A DNA stretch of 63,477 nt, counting the filler, from Octopus bimaculoides (lineage: Eukaryota): NCBI RefSeq assembly GCF_001194135.2. It is 5 parts of 4 records of this genome, joined end to end, with 100 filler letters (N's around TTAATTAATTAA, not from the genome) between each part and the next. Parts side by side here need not be neighbours in the genome. Positions count along the whole stretch, not along the records: positions 59,363 to 62,298 come from NC_068981.1; positions 62,399 to 63,477 come from NW_026437462.1; 3 more parts are not named here. One strand, given 5' to 3'. Each line of letters starts with the position of its first letter. Positions within the stretch are counted from its first letter, which is position 1. A program made the position numbers and the translations under genes. Below the pieces are notes generated by a model. It searched no databases. It saw only the letters and a list, made by a program, of their open reading frames with translations, and was not told the origin of the DNA. Positions 61,266 through 63,477 of the stretch are shown one piece after another.

Positions 61266-61870
61266 ATATATATATATANNNNNNNNNNNNNNNNNNNNNN
61301 NNNNNNNNNNNNNNNNNNNNNNNNNNNNNNNNNNNNNNNNNNNNNNNNNNNNNNNNNNNNNNNNNNNNNNNNNNNNNNNNNNNNNNNNNNNNNNNNNNNN
61401 NNNNNNTATATATACTGTGTAAATCATAAGGGTAAAAAATTAGAATAATTTCTTACCAGTGGTTCACATGCGTAATAAAATGTCATAAGACAATATTTTT
61501 TCATATATAACAGTGTATAAAGATATATACACGAAGAGAAGAACCCATGACAGGATTTCTTACAAGCTAAAAAGGGCAGTTAATCTTTATAATTCTGAAG
61601 CTATAGTACGCAGTTAAACATTAATTATTTGCTGCTGGCTATGTGAATGCACCTGTGTACTTAATTTGAATCCTTAACCTTATAAGTATGCAGCTCTCAC
61701 GTGTTTTTTCGTTACGTACTAAGGTACTAAGGTATATAACTCTGTGTTGTTTTAGCGATCCCAGTGATGAACTACGGATGACGAATGAATTTATTTTCTC
61801 ATTAATAGGGAAAGTCGAGTATGGGATTAATATATATATTAAACAAACCAGCCGTACATATATACATTTA

Positions 61871-62022
61871 TACGACGAACTTCTTTCAGTTTCTGCCGAC
61901 TAAATCAACTCATAAGGCTTTGGTCAGAGGCGGCTATTGTAGAAGACACCGCCCAAGCAGTCGCGCAATGTAACAGAACCCGTGACCATGTTATGCGGAA
62001 GCAAACTTCTTATTAGGGTCAC
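61871..62022 (-). mobile_element. Old SINE family A 5' half
   Basis: acgacgaacttctttcagtttc..aaggctttggtc..tagaagacac.gcccaag. Confidence 0.7.
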
Positions 62023-62298
62023 CACTGGGTCTACTAAATACCAAATACAGATGGTATTTAGTAGGTCCTGCACCTCTACCATTTATTTCTTTCCCAAGTT
62101 CCATAAACCCGAATCTCCCACCGTCCAATCTTTTCTGCCTGCAAGATACCTTCATAGATCACATGTACTTCTATGTCAACATTTTCCATTGGTTCTCCGC
62201 TCCTACATACATAACAGCAACTATCCCTTCCCTTTTTTCAACTCCGTCTCCTTCCTTCCACCATTTACGTCAACTAATTATACACTGTAGTCACTATA

Positions 62299-62398
62299 NN
62301 NNNNNNNNNNNNNNNNNNNNNNNNNNNNNNNNNNNNNNNNNNTTAATTAATTAANNNNNNNNNNNNNNNNNNNNNNNNNNNNNNNNNNNNNNNNNNNN
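62299..62398. other. Artificial linker N44-TTAATTAATTAA-N44
   Basis: Same 100-nt layout. Confidence 0.9.
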
Positions 62399-62454
62399 AG
62401 CATGGCCGCAGTCAAATGACTGAAACAAGTAAAAGAGTAAATAGTAAAAGAGTA
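62399..62454 (+). mobile_element. SINE family A 3' tail
   Basis: agcatggccgcagtcaaatgactgaaacaagtaaaagagt is identical to 50087-50126. Confidence 0.9.
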
Positions 62455-62667
62455 TTGTTTCAAGTTTTAACACAAGTCCAGCAATTTCAAGAGAGTGACT
62501 ACACGATTACATTAACCTTATTGTTCAACTGGTTCTTATTTTATCGACCCCGAAATGGATAAAAGGTAAGGTCGGCCTCGTCGGAATTTGAACTCAGAAC
62601 ATAACCACGGACGATTTGCCGCTATATATTCGCACGCCGCGCGAACGATTCTGCCAGCACGCCACCT
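62455..62667 (-). mobile_element. SINE family B, tail-to-tail with the SINE A end
   Basis: cttattttatcgaccccgaaa..ggaatttgaactcagaac..cgattctgccagcacgccacct. Confidence 0.85.
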
Positions 62668-62674
62668 AGGAAAA

Positions 62675-63327
62675 ACGAGATATTCACATACAGAATGTAT
62701 TTGATTAAAGATCTTTTCAATTATGGTTGATTTGGGGTTAAACATTTGGGATGAAACAGCGTTAGTCTTTATGGGACGAAATAAGAGACTCCTTTGTGCG
62801 TCAAACAAATATATTTGGACTGTTTGTTCCGAATCTTTGCATTCTAAGCTCAAATTATGCCGAGATCAACTTCTTGCATCTCCTCAGACATCCTTTCAGG
62901 CAATCACTGTCGAACCAACGAATGAATCTCAACCTAGACTCTCGAATTCCCAGACAGAACAGCTAAATATGCATCAAATCTCAGCTTAAAGTGATGGCTT
63001 TTCGAGGAGATAAAAATAAAAAAAAAACAGAAAGACGAGATATTCACAAACAAAATCATTTGATCAAAGATCTTTTCAATTATGGTTGATTTCGGGGTTA
63101 AACATGAACACAAATTTCTAAGCAATCAAACTACTAGCACTAATAATCTCGTATAAGAACTGCTAACGAAGAATCGGCAGTTGGAATGAAACGGCGTTAG
63201 TCTTTATGGGACGAAATAACAGACATCTTTGCGCGTTTGACACACCTATACATTTGGACTATTTGTTCTGTCTCTTTGTATTCAAATTATACACAGATCA
63301 ACTTTGTCTTACATCTTCCTGGATTCC
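62675..63327 (+). repeat. Diverged local duplication: 62675-62895 versus 63035-63327
   Basis: acgagatattcac..aaagatcttttcaattatggttgattt.ggggttaaacat and gcgttagtctttatgggacgaaataa are shared. The second copy has a 75-bp insertion (63106-63180). Confidence 0.85.
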
Positions 63328-63477
63328 GATAACCAAAGTACAAAATAGCGGAAGAAATAATTGCCGTAATCATTGCTGTCTCGATTGGAGGTAAAACTTG
63401 CAAGTATATGTGTCGGCTGTTGGCGTTTTCAACTCGAACCTCTATATATATATATTTAATTTATATATATATATATA

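Overview
AT-rich eukaryotic genomic DNA from a gapped short-read draft assembly. It is very rich in microsatellites and has more than 25 N-gaps, most bordered by (TA)n, (CA)n or (TG)n. The tRNA-derived SINE families and microsatellite load point to an octopus (cephalopod) genome; this is an inference from recalled repeat families, not a database match. I find no intact, recognisable host gene: nearly all long ORFs in the track are artefacts of N-runs or simple repeats. The window is mostly transposon relics: about 20 SINE copies from several modular families; a young Ty3/Gypsy LTR element (two 265-bp LTRs differing at 3 sites, 5-bp TSD, PBS, PPT); pseudogene fragments of R4/Dong, RTE, L1/Tx1-like and CR1/L2-like LINEs, mariner and DD37D-like transposases and a Gypsy integrase; hAT, mariner and foldback MITEs; and a decayed Penelope-like (PLE) reverse transcriptase. 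The most interesting signal is three hammerhead-ribozyme motifs in short non-coding elements embedded in (TA)n tracts. One has a canonical core (2035-2096, minus strand) and sits in an element whose 23-bp direct repeat implies a 563-nt unit. The other two (43576-43612 plus, 61168-61204 minus) are copies of a minimal variant with a CUGUUGA core. With the PLE RT relic, they suggest a (TA)n-associated PLE/retrozyme-like system. Four N44-TTAATTAATTAA-N44 blocks are artificial six-frame-stop linkers.
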